Source: Sphaeroforma arctica JP610 (lineage: Eukaryota). Taken from it: DNA of 55,906 nucleotides. The stretch lies in assembly GCF_001186125.1 (NCBI RefSeq), contig NW_014040518.1, positions 60,604-116,509 on the forward strand, given 5' to 3'. Position numbers and translations under genes: made by a program. The notes under the pieces were generated by a model. It worked only from the letters and a program-made list of their open reading frames with translations, did not search any database and was not told the DNA's origin. Of this stretch, positions 14,101 through 24,820 are shown one piece after another (the stretch's first letter is position 1; each line of letters begins with the position of its first letter).

Positions 14101-16530
14101 TGGACTTGGTGATCTTCTGAATGTTGGTCACCGACACCAAACGCGTCTTAACTGTTTACCAGCAAACACACCAAAGCATAAGTGTATGGTGAGGTAATCG
14201 TATGGAAATCAGCGTACGAGATATGGGGGTATAGGCCAGAGGATGATCGGTCAAGGGTATGAGTGGTGGTTGAATTAACGAGAAAGAAGGATTAATCCAA
14301 GCATAAGCCTGCTTAATTATACGTGTATGACACCGTATTTGAAATCAGGACAAGGAGATGCATTGAGCGAAGGGATCAGCAATGTAGCAGTAATCGGATG
14401 AGGTACAAACTATAGAGAATTCTCGTGGTAATAGATACCATACAGACGCACGAGTACATTAGCGTTAGACAAACGCGCAAGTACAGACAACCTTTGGGTT
14501 AAAATCATACTTTTGTTCTAATCATCCCAACTATACCACAGAGTGAGCCCTCGCGACAGAAGCAGATACGCACTATACATGGTCAGTCTCACGCACACGA
14601 GACAAACAGAATCCCCTATCATCAAGGATCACGTATGCGTGTACCTGTCAATCCTCACATCAAGAAGCACATCTGCGGTACTTGTCAACCTGACCTCACA
14701 TCAAAAAGCACATATGCGCGTACTTGTCAATCTGACATCACATCAAGGAACGCATAAGCGTGTACTTGTCAATCGGTGAGAAAAAAAAGATCGGATAACT
14801 ACTGGCGCACATGCATTCAGCCCGTTACATATGGGGCACTCTAAACATGTATGAACTAGTACTAGAGGCAACGCCGCCTTGAGCTTAGTGTAGTATATTT
14901 CGTTGGATTGAGTGTGTATCAATAACTTACTCTCTTTCAGGGTGGCCATATTGCGGCTCTGCTGAGCTCCCAGAAATCTGTGATGGGTGCAGGCAAACGG
15001 TTGGTTAGACAAGTAAAATAGTATACAAAAAATTAAGGCACTGACACGTAAGATTAAGACACTCACACACGACAAGAAACGATAAGGCACTGACACGAAA
15101 GATATGAAATGACATGGCACACACACGAACGATACAAAATGATAAGGCACTGACATTAAAGGTATGAAAGGTTAAGGCACTGACACGAAAGATATGAAAT
15201 GACATGGCACTGACATTAAAGATACAACAGGTTAAGTCACACACACGAAAGATACAAAAGGTTAAGACACTCACTCAAGATATGAAATGGTGAGGCACTG
15301 ACACGAAAGATATGAAATGATAAGGCACTGACACGGCTTATGGATCATTGAACCACACACATGCACATGCAACACCAGAGGGTGTACAACCGTGAGAATA
15401 AGGAGGAAGAAGGGATGCGAACCTAGAACTACAAATAGAAAATACTATGTAACTGAAAAGGTGGTATTTGGCCCATTAATGTTGTCAGCTATTCTGCGTA
15501 TATGCATTGGGAAATGGTAGCTGAGCTATAATCTATATTGAATTCTCGATCCCAGAAAGCGATGTGCTACACCAACTGAAAAACATGGCCACATGAAAAC
15601 CAACTCTTTCACGTTTTCACGCACTCGCACATATGTACACAGGTTGGCTTAATAATGCCTGATCATGCGCACGCTGATGTATAAGAATACATACCACCAT
15701 TGGATATATCAAGACATTCATGAATACATCGCTGATTCTCATTGTACATATCGATACTATCACACAAAATGCATATCTAATACAATTCCTACGTACATGA
15801 ATATATATATATATATATACATACTCATGTTTGAGTATATGCGATTAAACATAAATACACACTAACAAGCTTGTGAAATTATCACACAGTATGTATAAAA
15901 ATATCCTATATACACATACATATATATACATGTAACGTTTTATGTATATATACATAATTAGCAGTTCGAACATGGATATACAAGCATACACGCGTAAATG
16001 AATATATGAGATGAATCAGTTTTTAATGTCCAGGTACAGTACAGTACATACACACCTACATACATACATTCATATATATATATATGTGCCATAAATACAA
16101 ATATGTATGTGTGTGTATTATATACATCTATATATATTTATGTATACACGTGTGTGTGCATGTGTTGCACACACATACAAATTTATATGTACATAAATCT
16201 TTGAATGTATGAACTTTCAAATCATCCATACAGGTCTTATGTAGATTGTAGTCAAGATTGGTACATCAACGTGTACATCTATTAATAAATTGACGGCCTA
16301 ATACTTCCAAGAAGAACGCATCCAGGTTGCTTTTACATGTGTGCATATTTCATTTTTTGCTCAACGAAACACAGAAGTGAGCTTCGCTGCTGATGTTCAG
16401 TTGCACAAGTCTCGATGGATCACTAGCTCAAAATAACCAGCAACCAACGAATCAAAGTGCCTATACGGCATGCCTATATATATGTCTACACGCTCGTATA
16501 CATACATACCTATACACACACACACACACA

Positions 16531-16583
<53 letters not shown>

Positions 16584-16793
16584 AGTGGTGGTGGTTGTGT
16601 GGTGGGTGTAGTAGTAATAATATACTGATATAATAATACACTAATATACTAATATACTAATATATATATATATATGTGTGAGTACACATTTGACAATTGA
16701 CGAACACTAATCAGACTAAAGAGTACCCACTCACCTGGGAGCTTGCATAGCAGCGCGGGGTAGCGCAGACACGCCGGTGATAGACATTGCCAT
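11142..16793 (-). CDS. ATP5F1C: Mitochondrial F1 ATP synthase subunit gamma, 298 aa; exons 16793-16735, 14977-14931, 14151-14020, 13257-13186, 12694-12525, 12028-11869, 11398-11142
   Basis: Spliced translation [61 protein letters not shown]...[12 protein letters not shown]...[47 protein letters not shown]. These are hallmark gamma-subunit motifs preceded by a presequence. All six introns are GT-AG with matching phases (897 nt total). Confidence 0.97.
14655..14775. repeat. About 42-bp degenerate tandem repeat, 3 copies (ATP gamma intron 2)
   Basis: cacatcaa...gcaca...gcg.gtacttgtcaa repeated. Confidence 0.75.
15033..15335. repeat. About 30-bp minisatellite, about 10 copies (ATP gamma intron 1)
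   Basis: Unit approximately aaggcactgacacgaaagatatgaaatgat. Confidence 0.85.
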
Positions 16794-18813
16794 TATAACT
16801 AAGTATAGGTAGGTGTTCGTGAAAGTGGGGGGGGATGTGCGTGTCTCTAAGCGTGTATGCAAGCTGAGAGGTTATTGTAGTAAACTCTGTTGTCAGTGGA
16901 AATGGCCCTGTTTCCGTTAACCAAATTTGTGCTGTTCAAACTTCAAAGTCGGGTGTATTGAAAAGTTTAGTCCAAAATTATACTCTGTGTGAGATGGTCT
17001 ACACACTGAGAATCCAAAAAGGTATCCCCTAAAAAACCAAGTCTAAGAAAAACCTTTAACCAACTATTGGTACAAATTTGCCAAAGTACTGCTGGAACTG
17101 TAATTCGCCCAACACGCTTCAAATTTACCAAATGCAGACCGAAAATCCCGATACAACTTCGTCGACTTCCCTATTAGTGGTAGTAGACATTTAACACGGA
17201 ATTCAAATTATCGACGACTATTTTGGTTTATGAGGTTTTATGAATTTCTGGTAGTGTTCGTTCTTGGTCTCTAAACCCCGATATATACGGATTCTATATC
17301 GGCAGTACGTAATGTCCATAAAGACATCGAACAACACTTCAAAACAGGAAGTTTACGTACCAGTACGTGTACCTACAGAAAGTCAGTACTAAAGGGAAAT
17401 TCCTAATACAGAGCAGCCGTATTTATTCCTTGTTGGAGGTGTATGGCATTGTTCAGCTCAAGAGCACTGTAACATTATTTATATATTTACACAGCATACT
17501 ACGAATACCGCAAAGACCAAGCATCACCAACAAGGTACGCGTATCTACAAGAAATTTCGTGTGAGTGTGTTTCTAACAGGGGAACACGCTCACTGTTTCG
17601 CATACGCAAGACTACACTACAGCACATAGAATTTCTGTAAAGGGAGTTATTGCACGCGCGTCGTACTACAGGGCACCAAATTACTAACTTGAATCAGCCA
17701 GACACGTACGTTTATACATTACGGTTGAAAACTACTGATTCACTTACTTGCTTGCTACAGTATCCTAATCTATTATTTGATTCTGTTTTGCGAACGGTAG
17801 AGTACTGACTTACTTACCTCACACCTAATCTATGTATGTGATAACTACAAACGACAGTACATTGACAGGAGAAGTGTATATTGCGCTCTTTATCGCATGC
17901 ATTATTCACAATAAAACGCACACGCAACTAAAATAGATCAGGGATGCAGCCACATGTAAATATGAACAAAGTACACAATGAAAAACGCATAATGTATATA
18001 TATATATATAGATATATATATGCATATATAATTATATATTTTTATATGTCTATATACGTGAAGTATACACCGGCATATATACGTATTATATATATATATG
18101 TATATATATTTCTATGCATATATGTGCACGATTATATTTAAGGATATATATTCTATTGTCTTACATAATCTTATTTCCTATACATATATGCATTTATACC
18201 GATACGCATATACATGTATATATGTAAATACGTGTACATATATAACATTCCTTATATTTATTTATATATATAAGTATTCTTATATATATATATATATCTA
18301 GTACTTGAATGCATACATGAGTATATTTATATATAATTAGTTTCAATTGTACATATTTGTGCGTTTTCATATCTATATATATATATATAAACTTTTGTTA
18401 TTAATGTTTATATATATGGGAGTGTGTACTTGTATCAAGTCATATGTGCGCATGTATATATGAAGTTACACACCATATTAAACCACACATTCATGTTAAG
18501 AAATAGCCATAATATATACATACAGTATATATTTATTGTTATATTATATATGTGGGTATATATATATATATATTTATGTGTACAAATATATATACGTGTA
18601 CATTTGTTACGCTTAACTACAAAGCAATTTTGTTCTCAAATTTTCTACGCGTCACGACGAGTCACTGTTTGGCTTCGATCTTTAGGCTATCTATCACTAC
18701 ATGCATTCTATTGTAGGTCGTTCATGCTTAGCGGATTCATTTCTTTGTGTATGCCACATAGCTCATCTGTGCTGCTCTCGTTGTCTCTTCTCTCTGTAGT
18801 TCGCTGCCTCACA
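16794..18813. promoter_or_regulatory. Divergent intergenic/5'UTR region shared by ATP synthase gamma and epsilon
   Basis: The ATGs face away from each other about 2.0 kb apart. A strong acceptor (ttgtctcttctctctgtag, ending 18799) just before the epsilon ATG implies a 5'UTR intron, so the transcription starts are probably closer. Confidence 0.55.
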
Positions 18814-20671
18814 ATGTCGTCCTGGAGATCTGCTGGAATTTCGTAAGTGGGCCGTGTACAGTAGCGAGTGTATTGCTATCTCTATGGCTATTGTGCGTTT
18901 GAGCTTGCGTTAGTTGGTGTGCGTGGCTATATGCTCTGCACCTGTCAGTCTGCCATTAAGTAAGTTATTGTGTGTCTATGAATTGTTTTTGGGCCGTGTA
19001 CAGTAGCGAGTGTCATGCTATCTCTATAGCTATTGTGCTTCTGAGCGTATGTTAGGTGGTGTGTGTGGCTATATGCTCTGCACCTGTGAGTCTGTGCTAT
19101 AGTAAGATAGTGTCTATGAATTGTTTGTGGGCCGTGGTTTTTCCTAAAAACCCAGGATAGTTGCGGCGCAACCCTTGCGATATGTGACTGCTGTTGTAAA
19201 CATGTGCTTTCCTGTATCCGTGCGCAGCAGGTGAATTGGGCTTACATCAGTAGTGAGTGGGTGTTCGTGGTGATGTGTGTGTGTGCGTGGGTTATGTTGA
19301 TTAATACACTCGTGTGAATGGTGCATGCAGTTGTTGCGAGAGTTTATTGCTTTTTTTTGCGCTGTTAGCGTGCAGCTCCTCCTTCAACGACCTCTGTGCC
19401 TTTGGCATTTTGAGTCTATCTCAGCACTCTCTCCCTCGCACACCATTCGCATTCCATCCCACACCTCGGCGTGCCACAATCACTCCAGGGTATGCATTCT
19501 ATTAATAGGTCATTCAAATACTTCTCCATTAACAGGCCATTTAAATTCTTCTCTCCATTAATAGACCATTGACACGCTTTTTCGTGCTCTAACCTATCCC
19601 TCCCACACACGCGTGCCCTCAGATACGTCGGCTACTCAGCCGTAGCCGCGCGGTGTGTGCGTCGCTGTCTGAAGCCCAACGACAAGGTGGATGCCGTCAA
19701 CGCCGCCAAGGACCTCATGAAGATCCGTGCGTACAAGTGGGAGAACGGCAAGGCCCCCGAACAGCCTGGTAGGTGGGCTGTAGCTGTACTGGTGCTGTGG
19801 GGGGCTGATGTGTTAGTACTGTGTGTGTGGTCTTGGGATTGGTGAACACGGGCACTTGAGGGGGGGGGGGCTCGGAACACACAGGTTGTGTCCACTGCAC
19901 GGATTGCGGCTGTTTGGTGTGGTGGCGTTGTTTGCGTCGGATGATTCATGTGGTTGTCTGTATACGTGTGCGCGTAGAGTGTCAGGCATGCGCGTAGAGT
20001 GTACAGCTTTGCGTCAGATGAATGTGATAGAGCGCCTGTTCATTCGACTACATCTCCACTTTCTCTGTGACTACAATCGTTCTGTTCACTTGGGAGTTTT
20101 GAGTGGACGGGGTTGTGCGTGCGGTTTGGTATCTGTAGCTTCGAGTGCGTGGGAGTGTTATTGTATCGGTTTTTTTCGTTACGTAGTGATTTCACCTATA
20201 CGCAAATATGCTGCTAAGTCAAATTAACTGATGTGTCTCTTTTAAATATGCTGCCATTTCCTTCTTTTTCTTGTGCTGCTAAGTCCCTTTTAAATTTACT
20301 TTTGTAGTGTATTTTAAGTTATTTTCAATTGTACTGTTATGTTTTTCTAAATGTACTGTTATGTCCCTTTTACATGCACTACTACGTCCTTTATATTTTA
20401 CAGTTATGCCTTTTCTGAATGTACTGCTATGTCCCGTTTAAATGTACTGTTATGTCTCTTACATTGTACTGTTGTGACCTTTTCAAATGCACTGCTATAT
20501 CCCATTCAATCATGTATCGCTCTCTTTGTTCCATGGCCCCATGTGCATGTCATCAATATTTACGAGTTCCGTTACCACCGGACACTTAGCCGCACCATCG
20601 TTTCCTCATTGTTTGTCTCCTTCTTCCTTGTGTTTTCCACAGAGCTTCTCACACGTGGAAATCTAGCCTAA
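18814..20671 (+). CDS. ATP5F1E: Mitochondrial F1 ATP synthase subunit epsilon, 67 aa; exons 18814-18842, 19623-19768, 20643-20671
   Basis: Spliced translation MSSWRSAGISYVGYSAVAARCVRRCLKPNDKVDAVNAAKDLMKIRAYKWENGKAPEQPELLTRGNLA*. The N-terminal WRxAGxSY...A..VR.xLK pattern is characteristic of mitochondrial epsilon (yeast Atp15 family). GT-AG phases 2 and 1 are consistent, and AATAAA follows at 20708-20713. Confidence 0.93.
18848..19137. repeat. About 140-bp diverged tandem duplication (ATP epsilon intron 1)
   Basis: tgggccgtg recurs at 18848, 18990 and 19128, with similar sequence between occurrences. Confidence 0.85.
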
Positions 20672-21208
20672 GCGCATGTGCCACAATTAAGGCCACTCTC
20701 GGCTGACAATAAAGAAGAATGAGGATGAAGGTTTTGGCGCTACAGCTGTACATATGATCTCTTGTTTGTTCTTTTCTGCTGATATGGCTCATGCACATCT
20801 CAGCTTACTCGTAGTCGTAGCGGTGTACGTTGACCAAGGTCTGTATTTAGCACCCCTGAAGTATGTCCCTGTCCATTGTTTGTATGATTCAGCAGAGTGT
20901 GGTTGTACACGTTCATATATATATATATATACTATTGAGCATTGTTCGACTGCGATTTAACGAGTACTCGACTCGTGACTTTACTTCCCGACGGGCTCGT
21001 ATCTCCAAACACGTGTTTGTTTGTACCGCTTCTTGTACACACCACCTACCTATGGGTTTAAGGTATTGGTATTCCCTATTGATTCGTGGCGATGATGTGA
21101 TATCTATACCTGAACACATCCACAGACACGCGTTCTTTCTAGCAGCGATATCTTACGTGCAGAGTTCTATCAGTTCACATGCACTTTATGTATCACAAGC
21201 TATTTAAT

Positions 21209-21339
21209 CGCAGATTACTGTCACGTCCAGAGCACACCCTACTCTCTTTGTGAAATCAAAACTGCGCACAGCGAATGGCCTCACACCACGCGGACCACAA
21301 CGAAGGACTCTCGTGGTCTTTTGTGTTTGGCTGACATGG
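21209..21339 (+). ncRNA. Putative box H/ACA snoRNA, copy 1
   Basis: 5' hairpin: CGCAG/CTGCG lower stem, pocket ATTACTG + AATCAAAA, upper stems TCAC/GTGA and AGAG/CTCT. Hinge ACAGCGA is an imperfect H box. 3' hairpin GGACCAC/GTGGTCT, ending ACA-TGG. Length 131 nt. Confidence 0.65.
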
Positions 21340-21786
21340 CTATCCTTGTGTTGTGCACATCCTTGTACTGCACATACTGACATTGCTATCCTTGTATGGG
21401 CGCACCCATGTACTTGTCTTATTAGCTGATTTGTGTATGGCTGGTATTAGCGTCCTCGTACTGTATATAATCTATATGTATTGTATGTGTTTGGTGATAC
21501 CCTTTGACATGAGAAACTGCTGATGTCATTACAATTTATAACTAAAGCGTAACAATCCTTGTGCAGCGTGTAGTATGCAAGTCTTACGACTGAATAAACC
21601 GCGAAGTACCGGTTACGAACTTCCCAAGATTCCATCTTCGTTTTTCTTTTCTTCTTTTTGTTGCATTTCCTACTCGTGCTTACATTAGTGTAGGCCAACA
21701 ATGATTTATGAACCTTTGCCATTCCAATGACTTAATTTGGATTTATGATCAGATATACTCATCTCATCAGAAGACGTATGTTAAAC

Positions 21787-21924
21787 CGCAGATTACTGTC
21801 ATGATCAGAGCACACTCAACTCTTTTTGCGAAATCAAAACTGCGCACATTAATTCCAACCTTACACTGCACGGGCTCGCAGAGGATCGCTCTCCTTTGTG
21901 AGTTGTGGTGTTTGGCTGACATGT
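21787..21924 (+). ncRNA. Putative box H/ACA snoRNA, copy 2
   Basis: Same 5' hairpin and pocket. Perfect H box ACATTA (21846-21851) lies 14 nt from the pocket top. 3' hairpin has a 13-bp stem GGCTCGCAGAGGA/TCCTTTGTGAGTT with G-U pairs, ending ACA-TGT. Confidence 0.75.
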
Positions 21925-22131
21925 GTCATTAGTATAAAAGTATGTGCACACGTCTCCCTTATCTGGCGGTTTATACTGGGGCTGTAATTTATTTTTATAG
22001 TTCGAATACAAACTCAATAAATAGATGGGCTTTCCAAATTGTGTACTTCCTTCGTGCCGGTCTAAAAGGACGTAGTATGGATAAGCAAAACTTCAATGTC
22101 ATTGTCTAAAACAATGTTCTAGTTATTAAAC

Positions 22132-22263
22132 TGCAGATACTGTCACATCCAAAGCATAGCCCACTCTTCCTGGGAAGTCACAATTGCCAACACAACCTTA
22201 GACTACACACCACATGGGCGTGCGAGCGAAGCAATTGTGTGCGGTGGTGTTTGACTGACATTT
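22132..22263 (+). ncRNA. Putative box H/ACA snoRNA, copy 3 (most diverged)
   Basis: Pocket ATACTG + AGTCA, H box ACACAA (22190-22195), 3' hairpin ACACCAC/GTGGTGT and GCGTGCGA/TTGTGTGC, ending ACA-TTT. Confidence 0.62.
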
Positions 22264-22354
22264 GCTGCCATTGTGAAATGGTTGTATTGTATTTCTCATT
22301 GTGTGTGTCGTCGCCTGCTACATTTCCGTATCCACAATGGCAAGGCATCACTGA

Positions 22355-22580
22355 TATGGGTCTATAAATGTATATGTGGGATAAGACACCATTGGTATTG
22401 GTCTGTACATGTTTGTATGAGATAACACACCATTAGTATGGGTCTGTACATGTATGTATGAGACAACACACCATTGGTATGGGTCTGTTCATGTATGTAT
22501 GAGACAACACACCATTGGTATGGGTCTGTTCATGTATGTATGAGACAACACACCATTGGTATGGGTCTGTTCATGTATGT
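22355..22580. repeat. 41-bp minisatellite, about 5.5 copies
   Basis: Unit tgtatgtatgagacaacacaccattggtatgggtctgttca. Confidence 0.9.
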
Positions 22581-22879
22581 GTGGTGTGGGATTCCGCTGT
22601 CGTTGAAACAGAGAGCTGCAGAGGAGGCGGGATAATACGATAAAGGCTTCGCACCATTTTCGGATTAGATGGCAAGACTTGGGAAACCCGGATGAATTGT
22701 TTGAGTCAGAGTTGTGAAGTCGTCGTAAGGTGATTGTTGTATATAGCTTTCGACTATTTTCGACCATTTTATGCTTCAGTCTGTATAGCTGTATTGCAAG
22801 AGATAAGTATGTGTACATACTTGCCAGTGTGGTGAGTTCACGCCCCACTACCAATAAAATGTAAGCGGTTGCCGCATTC

Positions 22880-23800
22880 GTACACGCACAAGACTTTTTA
22901 ATCCATTCCAGCTGCTAAAATCCATTTCCTAATCCCACTTTGATGTTAGGCAAAGCATTGCAGCTGCAAGCGTAGTGCTCTACGCTGACCTCGTCGCCAG
23001 ATAGACGGCAGTATACTTTCCTGCGCCACTCCGTGTTTGCTCCTAACGCCTGCTCGTTGATGTGAAGTTGTGCTCTACAACGAATGTTTGTTTTGATGCT
23101 GCTGAATACCCCCCTCTAGGTCTCACAAGATATAATAGTTAGTGTTGAACTTGTGGTGTTGGGCAGTATCTCTAGACCTTCGCTGATGTAGAAGCTGTAG
23201 ATGCGTGATGTCTATTGCAGAGTATGAACAACCGGTAGTCGCCTGCCACTCCCTTTCCCGCACATGTTGAGGTTTCATATACCATTCTCGTGGTTAACGG
23301 AAATGTGCATATCTTTTCGGGTGGCCCCTTCTTATGGTATGACTGTCTGCACGTCCGCTAACTGCCACAATTCAATCTTTCAGTCCTTTTCTCCGGTGTC
23401 CAAGGTATATAATTATACTTTAAGCACCTGGTCGTAGCCTTCGGCCCAAGGCCCATATTGCCACTGGTTCAGCTGACGTGTCTTCAACCAACCAAACTGG
23501 CCATAGTACCCCATATTCCAACAATGCTGCAAACACTTACACATCAGATCCAGTCCCAAGCGCTCTTGACGGTACATGTGCGGTGTCATCCGCACAGTCG
23601 GCGTGTCCCTATTCCACGTGGGATATATGTGAAGCATCACTATGGCCTCCTCAAAGATGGCTCGTTGTATCATGCCTTTGGGATATCCTGATCGTGCAGC
23701 AAACTCATACAGCAGCAGTGCGTTTGTGGCATTGGGCGTGACACCGCTTAGTCAGAAGCGGAAGCAATCCGCGAGCGATAGCGCAGCAGTAGCATCCCAC
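22880..23800 (-). mobile_element. Decayed non-LTR retrotransposon (LINE) ORF2 C-terminal fragment
   Basis: Minus-strand translation has scattered stops. It shows a thumb-like LSGVTPNATNALLLYEF..GYP segment (about 23750-23680) and a C-terminal zinc knuckle YCRL(S)GDEVSVEHYACSC (23010-22961; TCT is one base from TGT/Cys), matching the Cx2Cx7Hx4C pattern of LINE ORF2. Confidence 0.6.
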
Positions 23801-24189
23801 ATTGTCTGCAACGAATGGAATATACACAACCAAGAACGACAAGGCAACAATTAGAATTGTGCGTGTAGGGATATGGACAAATGGGAGGGATGCGTATCGT
23901 TACGTATCTCCAAACAGTAGGGTATTTCTTGCTGTCGCTGTATAAACTATATATATTCATCTGGATTTTTTATGCGCTCGTGCACTAATTGTTTGCATCT
24001 ATACGCATGAGATGTTAAACGAATGATTGGCAACATAAATTTGACCATCTACGAGTCAAGCACCGGTACCTTTCACAAACTGATATAAATTTACAAATCA
24101 AACACCCGATAACCTATACAAACATATATCAATACCTGCAAACTCTCAAGCCTTGCAGCCAGCGGGCGCGAGTCCAAGAAGTCCCTTGC

Positions 24190-24820
24190 TCAAGCCGCAT
24201 AACCAGCCAACGGATACTTGTCCAGTTGAAATGTGTCTGGAAATCTATAGGGCTCGCCCCTAAGGAACTGTTCCCTGATTGCGGCCCATAGCTGGTCGAT
24301 GGGCAGTGCTGTGCGCTGTTCAGGTGTTAGTTGATTGTACACATCTTCAGATGTGATGCCTTGTGAGCTCGGATTAGACGTGGTGCTTGTAGCGAGAAAG
24401 TCCGGGAGACTGTCGTCTGTTAATGCACACACGCCTGGAACAGACAGACACTGCACTCGGCTCGCAGGGGTGTATTCGCGCAGCATACGTCGGGTGGGCA
24501 AATCTCAGCGGAACTCATCCTTCTTCTTCGCTTCTTTGCGCTCCTCCTTATCCTCCTCTGAATGTGCATGTGATGTCTCTTCACCGTTTTTCACCTATGT
24601 AGCTTTCGCCTCGTTGAATTTTTTCAAGGCTGCCAGGCACTCCTTTTTGTGTGCACGCCTAGTGTGTCTTCTGACATTTGGTCGAGCGGTACCCCACTAT
24701 TTGGCACGGACACCGCTTGGCACCAAAGGCATAGCACACCATGTAGTGGGCCGTACTTTTGCCTCTTGTATCTGTGGTGAACGACATGTCTCTCAGCTGT
24801 TGATTCTGCCTCCCTGAGTT
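24190..24820 (-). pseudogene. Disrupted BED-zinc-finger ORF, probable DNA-transposon (hAT-like) relic
   Basis: VLCLWCQAVSVPNSG is followed, after a one-base frameshift in a G run near 24693, by GTARPNVRRHTRRAHKKE (CxxC...GT..N.RRH...H). A charged stretch with in-frame TAG and TGA then runs into the 103-aa ORF at 24501-24190. Confidence 0.45.

Noticed and set aside
21209..22263. Alternative readings of the three-copy element as a MITE (TGTCA...TGACA ends), Y RNA, 5S rRNA or pre-miRNA
   Set aside because: There are no target-site duplications, no consistent Pol III terminator and no 5S internal boxes. The H/ACA fold explains the conserved positions, the 14-nt spacing and the rRNA complementarity better.
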